Source: Tubiluchus corallicola (taxonomy: Eukaryota; Animalia; Priapulida). Taken from it: a stretch of DNA of 64,000 nt. A program made the position numbers and the translations under genes. Below are positions 1 through 13,600 of the stretch, piece by piece. The stretch spans positions 682,001-746,000 of the forward strand of contig JAQGDQ010000029.1 of NCBI GenBank assembly GCA_030141605.1. The letters are read 5' to 3'. A model generated the notes under the pieces. It was not told the origin of the DNA, ran no database searches, and worked only from the letters and a program-made list of their open reading frames with translations. Position 1 is the stretch's first letter. Every line of letters starts with the position of its first letter.

Positions 1-209
1 GGCTACTTTACAATCCTAATTCATAACGAAAGACCTAACGAATTTATACAAGTATATCGTAACTGAAAGGCACAGTAAACTGATTTAAACAAAAAAATTT
101 AAGTTATGACAAGCCAAAAAATATTTGGAGAACGAGCTTCAATCTATCTTTATTTAACACAGCTACTAATACCTGCATCTGAACTCACCTTTCAATAAAC
201 ACTAATTTT

Positions 210-405
210 CAGCTCTGCTCACCCGGGTAGGGTTGTTGAACGCAGGTGTACATGCATTCTAAATCGCAAAGGCTTCTTTCTGGCTTCTTTATAATGTGCA
301 GAGTCACCTTGTCCCGGCACGGAACGACCTCCAGAATATTGAATCAATGGCTTCAGTAGCTATGAGGATTAAATGGCGACGGTGCCCTTGGAAAACTGCT
401 GCAAT
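210..405 (-). mobile_element. Possible decayed RTE-like LINE fragment
   Basis: RRHLILI and ILEV..CRDKVTLHII...LECM loosely resemble RTE RRHLK..ILNI.WQDKVTN...IE.ML. Confidence 0.28.
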
Positions 406-2280
406 TTCTATTGATTTCTTTGTGGAAATTTTTTTGGAAAATTTTTGTCGCTGTGCTAAATAGTGAATCTCTACATGCAGTTATAAATTTTCTTGCATGG
501 CAAGAAAACGTAAATCGTCATTCTTATGCATTTCGAGCACGGTATTTTAATAGTAATTTTAAGTTAACAGTAATTGTAAAAAATTTGCAAAGAACCAGTG
601 CATGTTTTTTTAGTTCATTATTTGATATCAATAAATGCTTATGACGGGGCCGTTGGTTTCAATTTTTATTACAGCTGTGACAGAAATCAGAGATATTATT
701 ATTTTTTATTTTTAGGCTTACAAAGGATACTACAGTTATTTTCATTGCATTTAATTTTTGCCGCAAAGTACGCATAACTGCTGATCGATATAAACAAATG
801 AATTACCTAAAACCGGGGACATTACATGGCTCGCCATCTTCAATTATTATTAACTGATTTCTGGTTGTTCTTTTCTTTTCCTCCATATGGCAAGCAGCTT
901 GTTGTCAGAGATTATCACGTGACTTTGCACTGTCTAGAGAGTATCGTCTGTATCAATGAAGTAGCGCTGGCTGTATTCAGCCCAGCACATGCCCAAAGTG
1001 TAACCTACTGTGACGGCTGATGTAATACAAGTTTTGTGTGTGTAAACAAACGTACACCGAGTAGTTGATTATCAGGCATTTGAGAGTGGTTAACTAACTT
1101 ATCAGTGATTTGATAACAGATTGCACAGAGAGTCCAGAGTCTCTTGACTTGGGTCCATTGTCCTCGACCACCAGACTTACACAGCCCAGCAACAACCGAA
1201 AAATAGGCCATGTACCTTTTTAGAATTGCAAAACCGTTTACGTGACATATATGAACATTATTAGAATCTTGCTCAGTGTGTTATACATGTTTTCCATTTG
1301 CAAATTTATATTTTGCAAAAACGAGGTTATTAATGCCGCTGAAAGTACTAGTGGTTTCTCAGACCATTCACGTCAAATTTGTTCTCTTCTCAGAAATTCA
1401 ACTAATCAGCTAATTAATCAATCAGTCAACTTGTCGATTAATAAAGAAATGTTGCAGTAATTTCCGGGCAGCTGCTCCCTCTCGATCGTATCCGTTTTAA
1501 TTGAAGAAACTACACTAGTAACTAAGTGTAGACTGATAGCTGGCGTGTGGTATCTCAGCTCTGTGACGTCCACACATCTGGTCGCAGCTCTGGTTTCATT
1601 CCTGGCATATGGAGCTCGTTACACATTTCATTGAGTCACTAGATCAGCGTCTCTTTCGCACCTGTGTGTGAGCGGCAAAGAAGGGGAGAGATTTCGTGCC
1701 ATCGTTGAATATCTTGCGGGACTTGGCCAATGGTCATCTTCTATATCTGCTTTTAGAAATACGTGGTAACTCGCATGAAGAAGTTGTAAACTCTCTAGCA
1801 GTATTAAAAAATAGACAGTTTTTCTACCACCCGAAAGTGAAATGAAAATTTTATTTTACAGTAATTGTTAATACGCGTCTCTCTGAATAGACATTTACTC
1901 ATTAGCGCAGTTAGTCTTGTGCAGTTACTTCATTACTGTTTATTAATTAGTAACTAGCCCACTTCAGCCAAAAGTACAGCGCATGCAACTCATGATTAAA
2001 TCGTTTTTAATTTACTTGTACGGTTACTTGGTAAGCTTATTGGCATCAGGTATACCTCAAACATTAAAATAATCTGTTATTGACAGTACAAAAATTTGTC
2101 CTATAATCCCTACATTATAATATTTCTGGGAACTATTAAATGTTTAACGTCGAACTGACTAACATCAAAGACCCGTCCTAAACTGTTGGGAATTATTTTT
2201 ATGGACACATTAATAAAAATTTAATGGTTTTATGGCTGTAAAAGGGGTCGCGCTAGTATAAACACTATTTAAGATGTTGC

Positions 2281-2283
<3 letters not shown>

Positions 2284-2317
<34 letters not shown>

Positions 2318-2340
2318 TCTCTCCCTCTCTCCCTCTCTCC

Positions 2341-2387
<47 letters not shown>
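2284..2387. repeat. (CT)n microsatellite with CCCT interruptions
   Basis: About 100 bp pure pyrimidine tract. Confidence 0.98.
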
Positions 2388-2390
<3 letters not shown>

Positions 2391-5300
2391 GTTTCCTTCC
2401 TTCTGTCTCCCTCTTTGTATTCCTTTTTTCTCGGTCTCTCACGCTATGGTTCCCAAAGAAAATTGCTCGTTAAAATTTTCCCAAATTTCACATGCACGGA
2501 TTGCATGCAGAGCCAATTTCACAACTAGTTTATGGGGGCTCTTGGTGATGAATGTTAACTGTGTTTGTACTAGAAATTGTTGTCAAACTGGCTTACAGAG
2601 TTCCAGTTTTTACTGGCAAATTGCCAGCTGGGAGACTGATCCCTCTGTCGGGAAAGATTCTACCTGTGCAAACATCGCCAGTGTTTGAGCGACTTTGCCG
2701 ATATACGGTCATCCTATTCTTTGACTTTGGTCATGATTAGATCGTATTTGCTCATCGTTTTCTACGAAACTACGACTACTTTTTGTCGTGTTTTGTACCG
2801 GCACTGCGGGTGCTTGTATGCGTGCTTATAGAAATGCATGATGTGCGTGTGTGCTCTTAGGAATTCACATTAATTGTACTCAGTCCTTGTACCTCAGCCG
2901 TAATTGCAATCCTCAGACAATATTTTGAAGAGAAAGTTAATTCTGTTTTAAGTATGGCAAATCTAAGTCTGACTGATTGTAGCACAAAATTAGACAATAC
3001 ATGTTACAAGGCACCTAACTGTATTCAAAAATTATAGCTGCAAACAATTCTGCATTACTGGCTTCCTCTGTCGCCGGTTGACTAAGCGCAAGCAAGCAAA
3101 CTAGACGTGGCTGAAAAACTATATCGTCTGGCAGCTGAGAATGTTAATCATCTGTTGATATTTTACCCAGCTGCTAATTTACGAATGTTTTAAACGACCG
3201 ACTCGATTGTTTTTGCTCTCACATGGCGCTTCTTGTCCTGAAATGAAAATTAACACTTGAGGGCAACCTGTAATCCTGTATTTAAAACATGATAGAAGCC
3301 ATAATATTAAGGCATTACTGAGCGGCCTAAAATCGCACTCGTGGTATTTATAGCTTTATGTTCGTGCGCACGTTTTTCCCTGTTTATGATTAAGCGACTT
3401 GCTGAACAACTTGGAATTTTTCATTGGGACCAGATAACTTCACGTTTTGTGTGCTATAAATTATTTCGTCAAATATTTAAAATTGGCTGAAATTTTGCTC
3501 GCATTATACATCTTGTCTTCTTCTCATCGAAATTTCTTGCCAATAACTGTTCTGATTTTAAGTAATGTTAACTATACTTATATGCCGATCACTGCATCAG
3601 TAGCCTGACGATCACGATACCGATTTTTTATGTCGGTATCCCAGTTATGGACAATTTTTAAGTTTCTTCACATTTTTTAATTACCTACTCGGCCTAATCG
3701 TAATTACAGCACGATTTAATTCAAACTCGTTTTTCGCTTTTCTTTCAATTTTCGGCGGATTGCCACTGTAACGAAGTTACCGATTAGCCTAGCTACGTGG
3801 CTGAAGCCAGCTTATCTGTTCACGTGTCGCTGGCTGGTTTCACTGGCGATTTAACGTGGAATGCAGTGCACCAGTCGGTATTTTTCTAAAAAGTTTGGCA
3901 GCGCGAAAGGTCTGCCCGTCCGGGGCCTTGACGGTATATTTGCGGTTTCAGTTACACAGTTTCTGCTGACCCGATTAGCGAAGACTGTTATCTGGAGCGC
4001 GTGTTTGCCAGCCTAGAAAGAATGATACGTATATGGAACGGAATGTACTTGTGTAAATTCACCTCCAGATGAACTTTCATATTATAAGAGATGCAATGAC
4101 GCAAGTGTGGGCGTGCTACTTCCGTAATTTAACTGGCGTCTAAAACATTTACGCGCATGTTCAATTTTTTTAAACTTCCAGTCCTTTGGGATTACTTTGT
4201 GCAATATATGTGCTAACCAGTATATTAGTACACTGTATATATAAAACACTGCAGGCGGTTCTCTGTACAATCATTTTTCATGTTCATGTTTGTGTTTTAC
4301 GGAATAACATTAGTTTAATTTTCGGGATTTGGAGTTTTCAGTGGAGTCTCATGACTATCTTGGAACGCTGCTAGCCACTCTGTAGTTCATCTCAGAGTAT
4401 TCACTGAGGCCTGTTCGGGGAAAGACCAAAGAAGGCTAAGGATGGAATGTTATATTATTAATCCAGAAAAAAATAATTTTAAAGTATAAACCTGCAACAA
4501 AGGAACTTAGAGATTCTATTGAGCCAGTGCAGAAGCAGCAGCTTGCACAGAAAGTGGTCTTACAGCCTAGAAAATGAATTGCTGGATTCTCATATTTAAC
4601 AATTTTCAACTGCATCAAAAAAATTGCTTACGGAATTGTCTGTATAAACTATAAGGCGACAGTTTTATTTGGACTTCACAGATTTTGTTTTTTCCCTTTT
4701 GTTTTGTCTTTCGTACTTCTTATTTGTAGGTGTATTTCTTGGAATGACTACTGTTCCTCTCGCCACGCCTCTTACGCTGTTTTGGAGTTTCCTGTAAGCC
4801 GTTTGTCTATTGCAATCCCTGAACAATGCTAGAACAGATGTCAAAATGTGCCGAAAACTGGTTCCAAAAGATGGCTCACTTGTAATACCTGCTCATCAGC
4901 GTGTATTAACTTGTTTGTTTCCCTTATTTAACTTCGCCAGGCAGCTATAGCACTAATGTGATTATTATGTGACTTTAGTGGTCAAACAACTGCCATTAGT
5001 GACCATCAGTAGCGGTCACTTGACTTCTCTCCTGGGGGTTTTGGCGGCATTGTTTATAAAATAGACCCAGAAGGTCGGGACGTCTGTTCGCGGCTCACAA
5101 CTGTCTGGATTTGACATTTAAATCGATTGCTTGACCACTGTTTCACAACCCGTCTTTAAATTACCCAGCTGCATTTGTTTTGACTGGTTAGCCAAGCAAG
5201 TTTGCGTAACCGTCCACTGGTCAATCACATTAGAGGATGGTTTGTTGTGTCTGTGCAGCTTGTTACACTAACAGATAAGCGCTGACCGTTTACGATTTTA

Positions 5301-6149
5301 GGCACTCAACCAGGCAGTTATACTCAATGTTTTGGTAATAGTAGCTATTGGATATGATCGGTGGGAACTCACATATGCCGCTCATCCGCTTGGCTACTCG
5401 CTGAGCTCAAAGGGTCATGTTACCAAATGTGACCATATAAATTAACTGGACTCCCACAAGCTGACAAGTCTCCCTCCTCGTAACACTTCCCACGATTGAA
5501 AATTCTCACAGCTTTTTGTATATATTTACGTTAATTTTAACATTTACAAACATGGGTGGCAGAAACGTGGAGTGTTGCCAGCTGTCCCGCCATCGCTTTC
5601 TTGCGGAATAGAGACATCAATTTTTTTAATTAGTGTCATGATAACAATGAACGACAATGCTTGAACCAAAGTGAAAAAAAGCTCTTTAAATATTACGAAA
5701 ATTTTCACGCTTGCTGAGAAACTATGGTGACTGTGTATTTATTTGACCAGCATCAGCATTTAGACTAATTAATACGTCTAAGTAAAAACTTTATAGGCCT
5801 GCCATTTTAACTTGAAAGTAAGTAACAATATCATTTTTTAGTTAAGACAACCTTCCCGTCACTCCTCTCCAAAAGTAGAATATTCCAGTTATAAAATACT
5901 TCCGTTCACTTATATCACATTCGTTGCGTTATATATGTAAGTGAATGCGTGTCTGATCATTTTCCCGCTTTTTTCACATACTAGCAAATGTTGCAATATA
6001 TAGATTATATCTAAAGTTCTCGTGACCTTATCGGGAACGAAAAAAGAGAACGTTGATTAAGAACTTCCTGTTTAACTTCTTGAATGACAGCAATGTGATA
6101 AATAAACGAAAGACAAGAAAATAAAAGTTCCGTAACCAAAATAGAAGGC

Positions 6150-6400
6150 AATGTGTCGTACAAGGGTAGTCGCCCATGGAATATTTGTTTTACCAATATT
6201 CTCATCATTTGGATAATGGCCATTCTTAGAATACGTGAAGGAAGCTTGGTTAGTTACATAGTATTTAAATTTCTCAGAGGTATTCTTGAACTTGGGGGGA
6301 GTGTCGACGTTCTGACAGTCGAGTCTCTGGGAGTTCGCTGGACGCTGGCTGTAGCACAGGAGTGCCTCAAAAATTCGCAGAATTATAGGAGCGCCTGAGC
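6150..6400 (-). mobile_element. Possible decayed RTE-clade LINE fragment
   Basis: YVTNQ and RILVKQIFHGRL resemble RTE motifs D.VTN.EV and RLPKQIFYGEL. Confidence 0.35.
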
Positions 6401-6950
6401 AAGCCATAGATATATCAGTTTACGCTGTAAAATACTTGTGAAATAGAGATGCATGCAAAAGTGAACCGTCACATTCCTGTGCTTTATACTCGGGACATTT
6501 TCGTCTTAGTTTAGGTGCGGCAGCCCATTTCAGTAAGTGTATCCTGTTAAATTAAGCCACGAATTAAGCATTAATTTGCACTTTGTATTATACGAGTAAA
6601 CTATCCGATTTATTTCAAAAGCTAAGTTTATTGCACTACGAAATGTCGTAATATTATGTAACTTCATCTACACCACAGGTGCAAAATTTTTGAATACTAC
6701 TCTGCTACTCACATTTTAGGGGTGTATAATATATTAGTGTAACAATAAGATATCTAGTAAAATTTTAATTGCGTGCTTGTCGGTTCACCTAAATAATCAA
6801 AGTACATTCGTCTTGCATTGTGTAACAGCTTTCCAGAATCCATGCATTGATTACGTGAACATAAGAGTGGTCAACAACAGTGGGAGGCGTGGAAGTTTTA
6901 ATGTATGAAAAACACCACCAGTGGCTATAATAACAAATTTAATGTTCTGG

Positions 6951-6999
6951 TCAGTAATCATTATAATAACATGGTGTCCAGTAATCATTATAATAACAT
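6951..6999. repeat. Two-copy 27-bp tandem repeat
   Basis: CAGTAATCATTATAATAACAT twice. Confidence 0.9.
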
Positions 7000-9762
7000 A
7001 AGTTCACTGCCGACCTCGTGCTGTTTTGTGGCAGAAATTTCCGCAACAGACGTGCCTGATTTGGCAGTCGCCCACGGGTGCAGATTGTTTAAAACTTGAT
7101 AGTATATCATTAGTATGTTTGATACGCGTCGTCTATAAAGCTCGGCAAGTAGCTGAAAACCCAGAAAACAATCTAAAAATCTTAGTTGTTGTTGATTTTT
7201 TATCTAATTGCTTGTACGAGCAAACCAACTTAGTTAATTCTCCATCCTTTCTTGTCCAAGTTGTCGATCGATAATTCAAAAGCTATAGCCTAGTGCTATT
7301 ATTGACAGCAGTTTATAGGTTTATGGGAGGCTCTATAACCTTATTATTTTGCGTTTGCAGCTATAAGTCTGCGTGCAGCCAGACTTCATTAGCTGATTCT
7401 CATTTAGTAGTCACTATAGCCGTTTAGGTTTTATAAGCTGCGTCATTCCTGGAATTTGTGACATGGCGCGAATAATTTTAATGATTGTTTTCAGGAGGAG
7501 GGGGTGGCTAGTTGTGTCGAAGTAGCCACAAATATTATCCTTATTATAACATGCTATGGCTGTATAAAACGGTCGTTAAGATTGTTAAACAAAAAAACAA
7601 GGCTGCTTCAAACGTTATATGTAATTAAAAGACGCCATTTCATTTTACAGGATATACATGATGAGATAACGTGATTAACTTTTCAGTTTTCAAGATATCC
7701 TTGTTCGGGTTCTCTGTCTTGTCTGTAACAAAGTGGCACAAAAGTATTTGATTCTTGGCGAGTTCGCTAATCGCTATGTACTAAAATAAACTTGGAGAGC
7801 TCATAACACAGTATATTAAGCTGGTATAGATTGCACTGCTAATCCTTCCGCTGGTACGACGATGCGTCACCACCACCGTCGTCATCACCCACCCAGGTCC
7901 ATGCACCAGCTTCACCTTCCACCTAAGTAAGGAGTGGCTTCCCAGAAGTTTGTGTTAGCTACTAACAAGATACGTCATTTAAGTACATGTGTTTTCGAGC
8001 TGATGATTATTCATTAATTGATGTTAGTAACCAGCTGTAATAATTTTCCTACCATGTGTGCTTACAACATGTATTTAACCCAGTTACATCCCATCAGCTG
8101 ATTGCATCAGCCAAGTTGGAATGTTCTAGTAAGTCTGCTGCGTCACGCGTCTGGCATGGCTTCTTCCTGCGCTTGTACAATCTCCTTGCAGCAACTGGAA
8201 GTCAGTCATGCAGTAGTACAGCAGACAGATTTTTATTATAACTTATACTTACTATTTTTCTGTTGGGCGTGGGATCTACGTGATGCCAGTTTTGAAAACG
8301 TAGCTTAGTATGTGTTAAATTATGAGAACTAAGTCATTGCCACCCAAATTTTTCCAACTTGGACTTGTTTACGAGTCACAAGCTAGACGCTAATGAGTAA
8401 ATTTTATTATTTAAGCACAACACAGTTAAGCGACTACTACAAAAGCCACTTTCTTTAATGATTTCAAAACTGTTCTGTTTGATTATCCTGCGAAGCTATT
8501 AACAGTGTTTTGATAGGCATATACCGCACGTAAAGGGCTAAAGGCATTCCATACAATGAATGAATGTCTAATTGATTAGTTCCTGTAAGGTTGTATATAT
8601 GAGTGGCGATTGTATTATTTTGTGAGTAACATCAATAAACCGTATTGCACATTTGAGTCGTGTTTATACTAATGATGGTGCATGATGATGTAACTCTAAA
8701 ATGTGTGGTTGTATTGATTGTGTTCTTGTTTTTTAACAATGGAGATAGTTGTTCCCAGCGCAGCGCAAAACACAAGTCTCTCGCCTTTTATTAGTTTTAT
8801 TAGCAATCTGTTCAGCTGTTTCTGCATGTGTTAATTAATTATGAAGAGTACTCATGATACGCAGCAGCTACAAACGAATCTTTTCTGTTCCTTCTATTAT
8901 TCAACAAATATTGATTCTACCTGAAGAGCGTTCTCTTGCGTTAGGTCTATTTATAGCTTGACGTGCAGTTAACGCCTTTACTCGTTCCTTGTCTTCACAA
9001 AATGTTTTCACCTATACGAAGTTAACTCAAAAGCTGCATTAGTTTTGCTATAATGTTCCTTGGGGGACAGAGTTCCGTTCACTGTACCTAGGACAACGAC
9101 TTAAACGATTATCTATCAGTAACTAGTTCAATAGACAACTAATCAGTCATTCAGCGAATTGGTCACTTAGTCAATCAAGTGGGCCTGTTGAACCTCTGCT
9201 GCATGCCCTGTGATTCGGAGCTATCAGTAGCCGGATTACAACATTGACTCTTGAAGGGTTAAATTTGTAATCCGTTTACAGCCATTTCCTCACACTGTAC
9301 CCACGAATAAAAAAACAGCTGGAGAAGTTGTTAAAAAATCAATGATAAATCAAATTGTTCCCAGTGAAGCCTTTCCGATGCGTCACCATGACGTCACAGC
9401 TAGTCATAAAATCCTCAACCCGCGCTCATCTTTTAAAACGCCGCTACAAATAAAATCCGTTTTTCTCGCTTCGTTAGCAGTTTGTGCTGTTGTGTATTAT
9501 GCTTTATTCACAGTTTGCCTTTACACGATTCAGTCATTTTAGCAAAGTAACTCAACCGGAATGATAACATTCTTATACTGCGAAGTAAAATTGCCAATAA
9601 TAACGGGAAATTGAGCTTATACGATGCATCGCAACATTGCATTCTGTTGACAACAGATAGTGAGAAAGTGGGCGGGCCAGATCCGATGTGTTGTACTGAG
9701 ATTCTGAGATTCAGTACAGAAGAGATTAACAGCTTTATTCACATTGATTTTTGCAATTCGGT

Positions 9763-9903
9763 GCTGCTGAGTTTGAGTCAATTCCAGTATCAGAGGGAGT
9801 CCAGTAAGCTACCACTCTGTATGAGTCTCTGCTGCTGAGTTTGAGTCTATTCTAATATCAGAGGGAGGGATTCCAGTAAGCTACTACTCTGTGTGAATCT
9901 CTG
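9763..9903. repeat. Two-copy tandem duplication, ~68-bp unit
   Basis: GCTGCTGAGTTTGAGTC...CCAGTAAGCTAC.ACTCTGT.TGA.TCTCT starts at 9763 and again at 9831. Confidence 0.92.
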
Positions 9904-10379
9904 GCATAGTAACAGTCAACCTCGGCCAGTTGAAGTGTTTAGCTTCGCTATATTAAAAGGAACCGGAATTAGCGGAATTACGAATTGCAAAATTGTTATA
10001 TCGCATTGATCCTGGTAGAACATTGAAGTTGCTAAGCAAACCGTTTGCTCAGCTCTCCTTGAAGCAGGTGTATAAACCGATATGGATTCCTGCCCTCTTC
10101 TTTCTTAAATTGCACTGACACATTGATGTATCTGCTGCATGACCGGCAACATCAAGCTTTGTTGTGGGTCGTGAACAATGCATGAACTGTGTCCTGTAGA
10201 GGAGCTATTAGCCTGTGTGCTCTGTAAATGTGTCCTATCAATACATTGTGTGCGCGCCTTTGCGTCAGTAATAGCCGTCGCCCACAAAACTAATTACAAC
10301 AGGCTCTTTGGGGATTTAATTGCTGACTGGCTGCTGATACATCTATTCTGATTTAGCTCTTATGCTCACACAGTTTTTG

Positions 10380-10660
10380 TGTCTAGACGCCTCTAAATGG
10401 CTTCACTCTGCCTTGTCTAGGGCAAGGACCTCGGCGCTGCTGCGCAGGTTTTCATTGCCTTTACGTTTGGGCTTCCTGGGTGAAGCCAGATTATATCCTA
10501 ACTAACCTGCATTCTGCTCGCATTTCCTACTCGATGCTTCATACCACTGCCATAAATTCCCGTTTGAATAATCTCTTCTCTTTCGCACCTCATATATTTT
10601 ATAACCTTGAATCGGTGAATTGATGGTCTCTAAAGATTCTGAAGATGTTGATCCGTTTCT
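10380..10660 (-). mobile_element. Possible decayed LINE 3' end (RTE-like)
   Basis: LWQWY, MRAECRLVR and EVLALDKAE*SHL loosely resemble RTE C-terminal motifs. Confidence 0.25.
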
Positions 10661-13600
10661 AAAGAGTTGGGATTATTTATGACTTTTTTCTCATGGCTTC
10701 ATGAGAAATGAAGCCATGTATGCCACCTTTTTGATAACTGGCATTAGCCCAACTTCAAAGCTTTTATTTCGTTATTGTATTTACAGTGTTGTTTATTAAA
10801 TTTTAACTGTAGCAATATTCATGTTTGAATTTAGCACTAAGAACTATGGATCTATTTCAGAAAGAGGTTATATTTCTGCCCGCATCGTTGCTATCACTCT
10901 CATTGTCGTCATCGTCAGTATCTTCATCATTTAGACATTTAATATACACTTTTCTCCTTCGTATTTTTGGACGCTTAGCTTCGTTTTTACTTACGTTAAT
11001 TTGCTTCATTTGTTGTCTATCGTTTATTTCTCAATGATTTATATGTTAGAGGCAATCTATAATATTACTTCTGTATACAGGCCACACTCGTCTTGGAATA
11101 TTACTAAATAATGCTGTTTGTAGGAGTATCAAAATATATAGTTAAAACTAAGGTCACACCGTTGCACGCACAAAAATGCACAATTCTGGCATAAAAGCTT
11201 TTTATTTTTATTCACCTATAATGTGTTAAATTTTATAGGCAAAATAATAAATCACAGCGCATAGGTTTGATTATACGTGCAATGCTATACCTGTATTTAA
11301 CTGTGGTTGCGTACAAACTGATCATTGCTGACTTTAGTAACCTTAATATAGAGGTCTTCATTACTGCTTTAGCTGCACTCGTTGCTTGGAAAAAAATCCA
11401 CTGACGGCTGAAGATAAAATACTGCTGCTATTTCAACGCCTGTCACCCGATACCCACTAACTAGGTGATACCAAAAGATTGGCGTAGCTGAGTGTGGCCT
11501 TCGAATCTATTCCTGGACTATTTATACTTCTCAGTTTTAGCCTTTCATCCGGCTTTGGTGTTATCTTGACCCAGGACAAAAACTTAGAAAAGTATTCATT
11601 ATGAGTGGCTCGCTATTTTCTGTAATATCGTTCAGTTCAATGTACGACTTCACATTGTTTGTAGTTTCCTTTCTTCGGGAAACTAGTAGTAGTATCTTAT
11701 CGATGATAATAACATTATAGTACATTAAGTACATTACAAAAACTGACATGAAGTCAAAAATGAAATGATGTTAACAACAAATAACAACACAGCGAGTTAA
11801 TCGTAAATTTTCAAAATTGCGGACAAGAACTTTAGGAATAGCTCTTCCACTCCGTTTAAATACAGAGCATACATACAGCTCAGATAATCTACATTGTACA
11901 ATAACATGCGACTGGTCTTAAATAGAGACATTATACCCTGCATACACTATTATCACGAGGAATGAGTGACCTGGCTGCTATTTCTACAGAATACAGGCCT
12001 ACACGCTTTTGTTGTAGTATTTCTGTCAAATTTGAAAATACGTAAGTATGTTATACGTATATATTACTTGGCACGTACAATGTGGTTTGCCCGGGAACAG
12101 CACACTGCGTGCTTCCTGATTCCTGTTCTATTCCCTTATTGGTAGTGCTAGAGAGCCTGCAAGGTTTCAGCGCTTTCATACTTAAGAAAAGTTGCTTCTT
12201 CAGAAAAGAAAACGCACTTGCTGTCTGCACCTAGCAAGTTTTAATTTCCGTTGTTTAGCGACTAAGCTGATACAGATCTATTTTCAAGTACTGCATAACA
12301 ACATTTCATAAAATATACGGAAATAAATTTTCGATTTAAAAACAGCCATCGTGTCCTTTGTCAAAAGACATTGTGACTTTAACGTTTATTTAATCTATTA
12401 TTTAATTATCAGAAATGCTTCTGCGGTACTAATTGTGTTAAAATGTATACTTTTTATCGGACTTGAAAATGGGATAGTATATGAAAAATCTTCCTATCTT
12501 CCTTTAAACGTTGAGACAAATGTGAACACCTCTTCGAACACCTAAAATTGCTTAATTTAAAAATCATTTGATTAGCTTCATAACTCTTTCTTTAGGCTTC
12601 TTCTAGGTCACCTGAGTTCATTTACCTTTCCTGGAAAAGTGAAATTGTCGTCATCCGGCTGCCTCGCTCTGACTCGGCCAGATATCGATTTGTGCCTTTG
12701 CTGACTGGCTTCTTAATCTAGGTCCCATCGATCGGGTAGCAGTTTCCCGCGCCGCGTATCGTGGATTGCCCCAGACATGGCACAAGGAAGTTGTTTATCC
12801 GCCGACGTGTCTTTAGACTGATCTAGACGTGACAGTATCGGCAGGGTAACCTTTGTAGATCAATAAAAAAGAGTTCATGACAAGGATATAGCTGTGTGAG
12901 TAGCAGTCCTTTTTTATACACTGATGCGCGCGCATGCGTTAGCGCTTAAAATGCCTGGTGTATTTCCCACCATTAAATTTTTCGGTCCAGATGGGTAGGC
13001 CTAATATAGTAACTTTTTGAAACTGTGCTTTGCACTTTTGATTGGGTTGCGTGTTTGTATGCGCATTTGATGTGTCGGCTTTATTTTATAAGCAGCTGTA
13101 AGTCATCCCGTATTAGACATTTACTGTCGACTGAAATGCAGTCGAAAGTAAATAAATTGTCATGATTAATAGTAGTAATCGAATGAACTCATGTTTGCTT
13201 GCCGTACTTTAATATAATATGTGCAGTCTATGCTACTCGTCTGGAAAATTTAGTCATTTCCCGCGAAACTTAATGGCATTGAACGAATACTCATTGAATC
13301 GTTTTTAAAGTTAATGTGATTTTACGTATGATTTTCGGATACGTGGACAAACTGAATTGTGCAACACAAAAGCCCCACTGCATTCGTCTGAAGGCTATAG
13401 TTAAACCCCTGACCTATATGTAGTGTAAAAAACAACCTCCGTTCCAGAAAAAATAGCCAGGAAGGAAGGGAGACTAGGCGTCAGACAGTCATGTTTAAAG
13501 TTTATAGGAGGATCAGTCCGCGAACTCGACGGTATCCCATCACGTAGATGCTTCCGGTTTCCCTTCCGGTCCTATGTGATGTGTGGGAGGTGTTGCAATC

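Noticed and set aside
1535-1610. tRNA-like A/B box arrangement
   Set aside because: Degenerate boxes and no cloverleaf; not a tRNA gene, at most an old SINE
2274-2528. 84-aa SL-repeat ORF ending in ...TDCMQ (superficially like MBII DCMW)
   Set aside because: Translation of the (CT)n microsatellite; DCMQ lacks the Trp and the surrounding MBII context
7855-7930. GC-rich His/Pro/Ser-coding-like patch followed by GTAAGG, candidate Myc exon
   Set aside because: No good acceptor; the phase-1-compatible frame is not Myc-like and the S/P-rich frame ends in a stop
9763-9903. Repeat pair considered as a CRISPR-like array
   Set aside because: Only two adjacent copies, no unique spacers, eukaryotic context; simple tandem duplication
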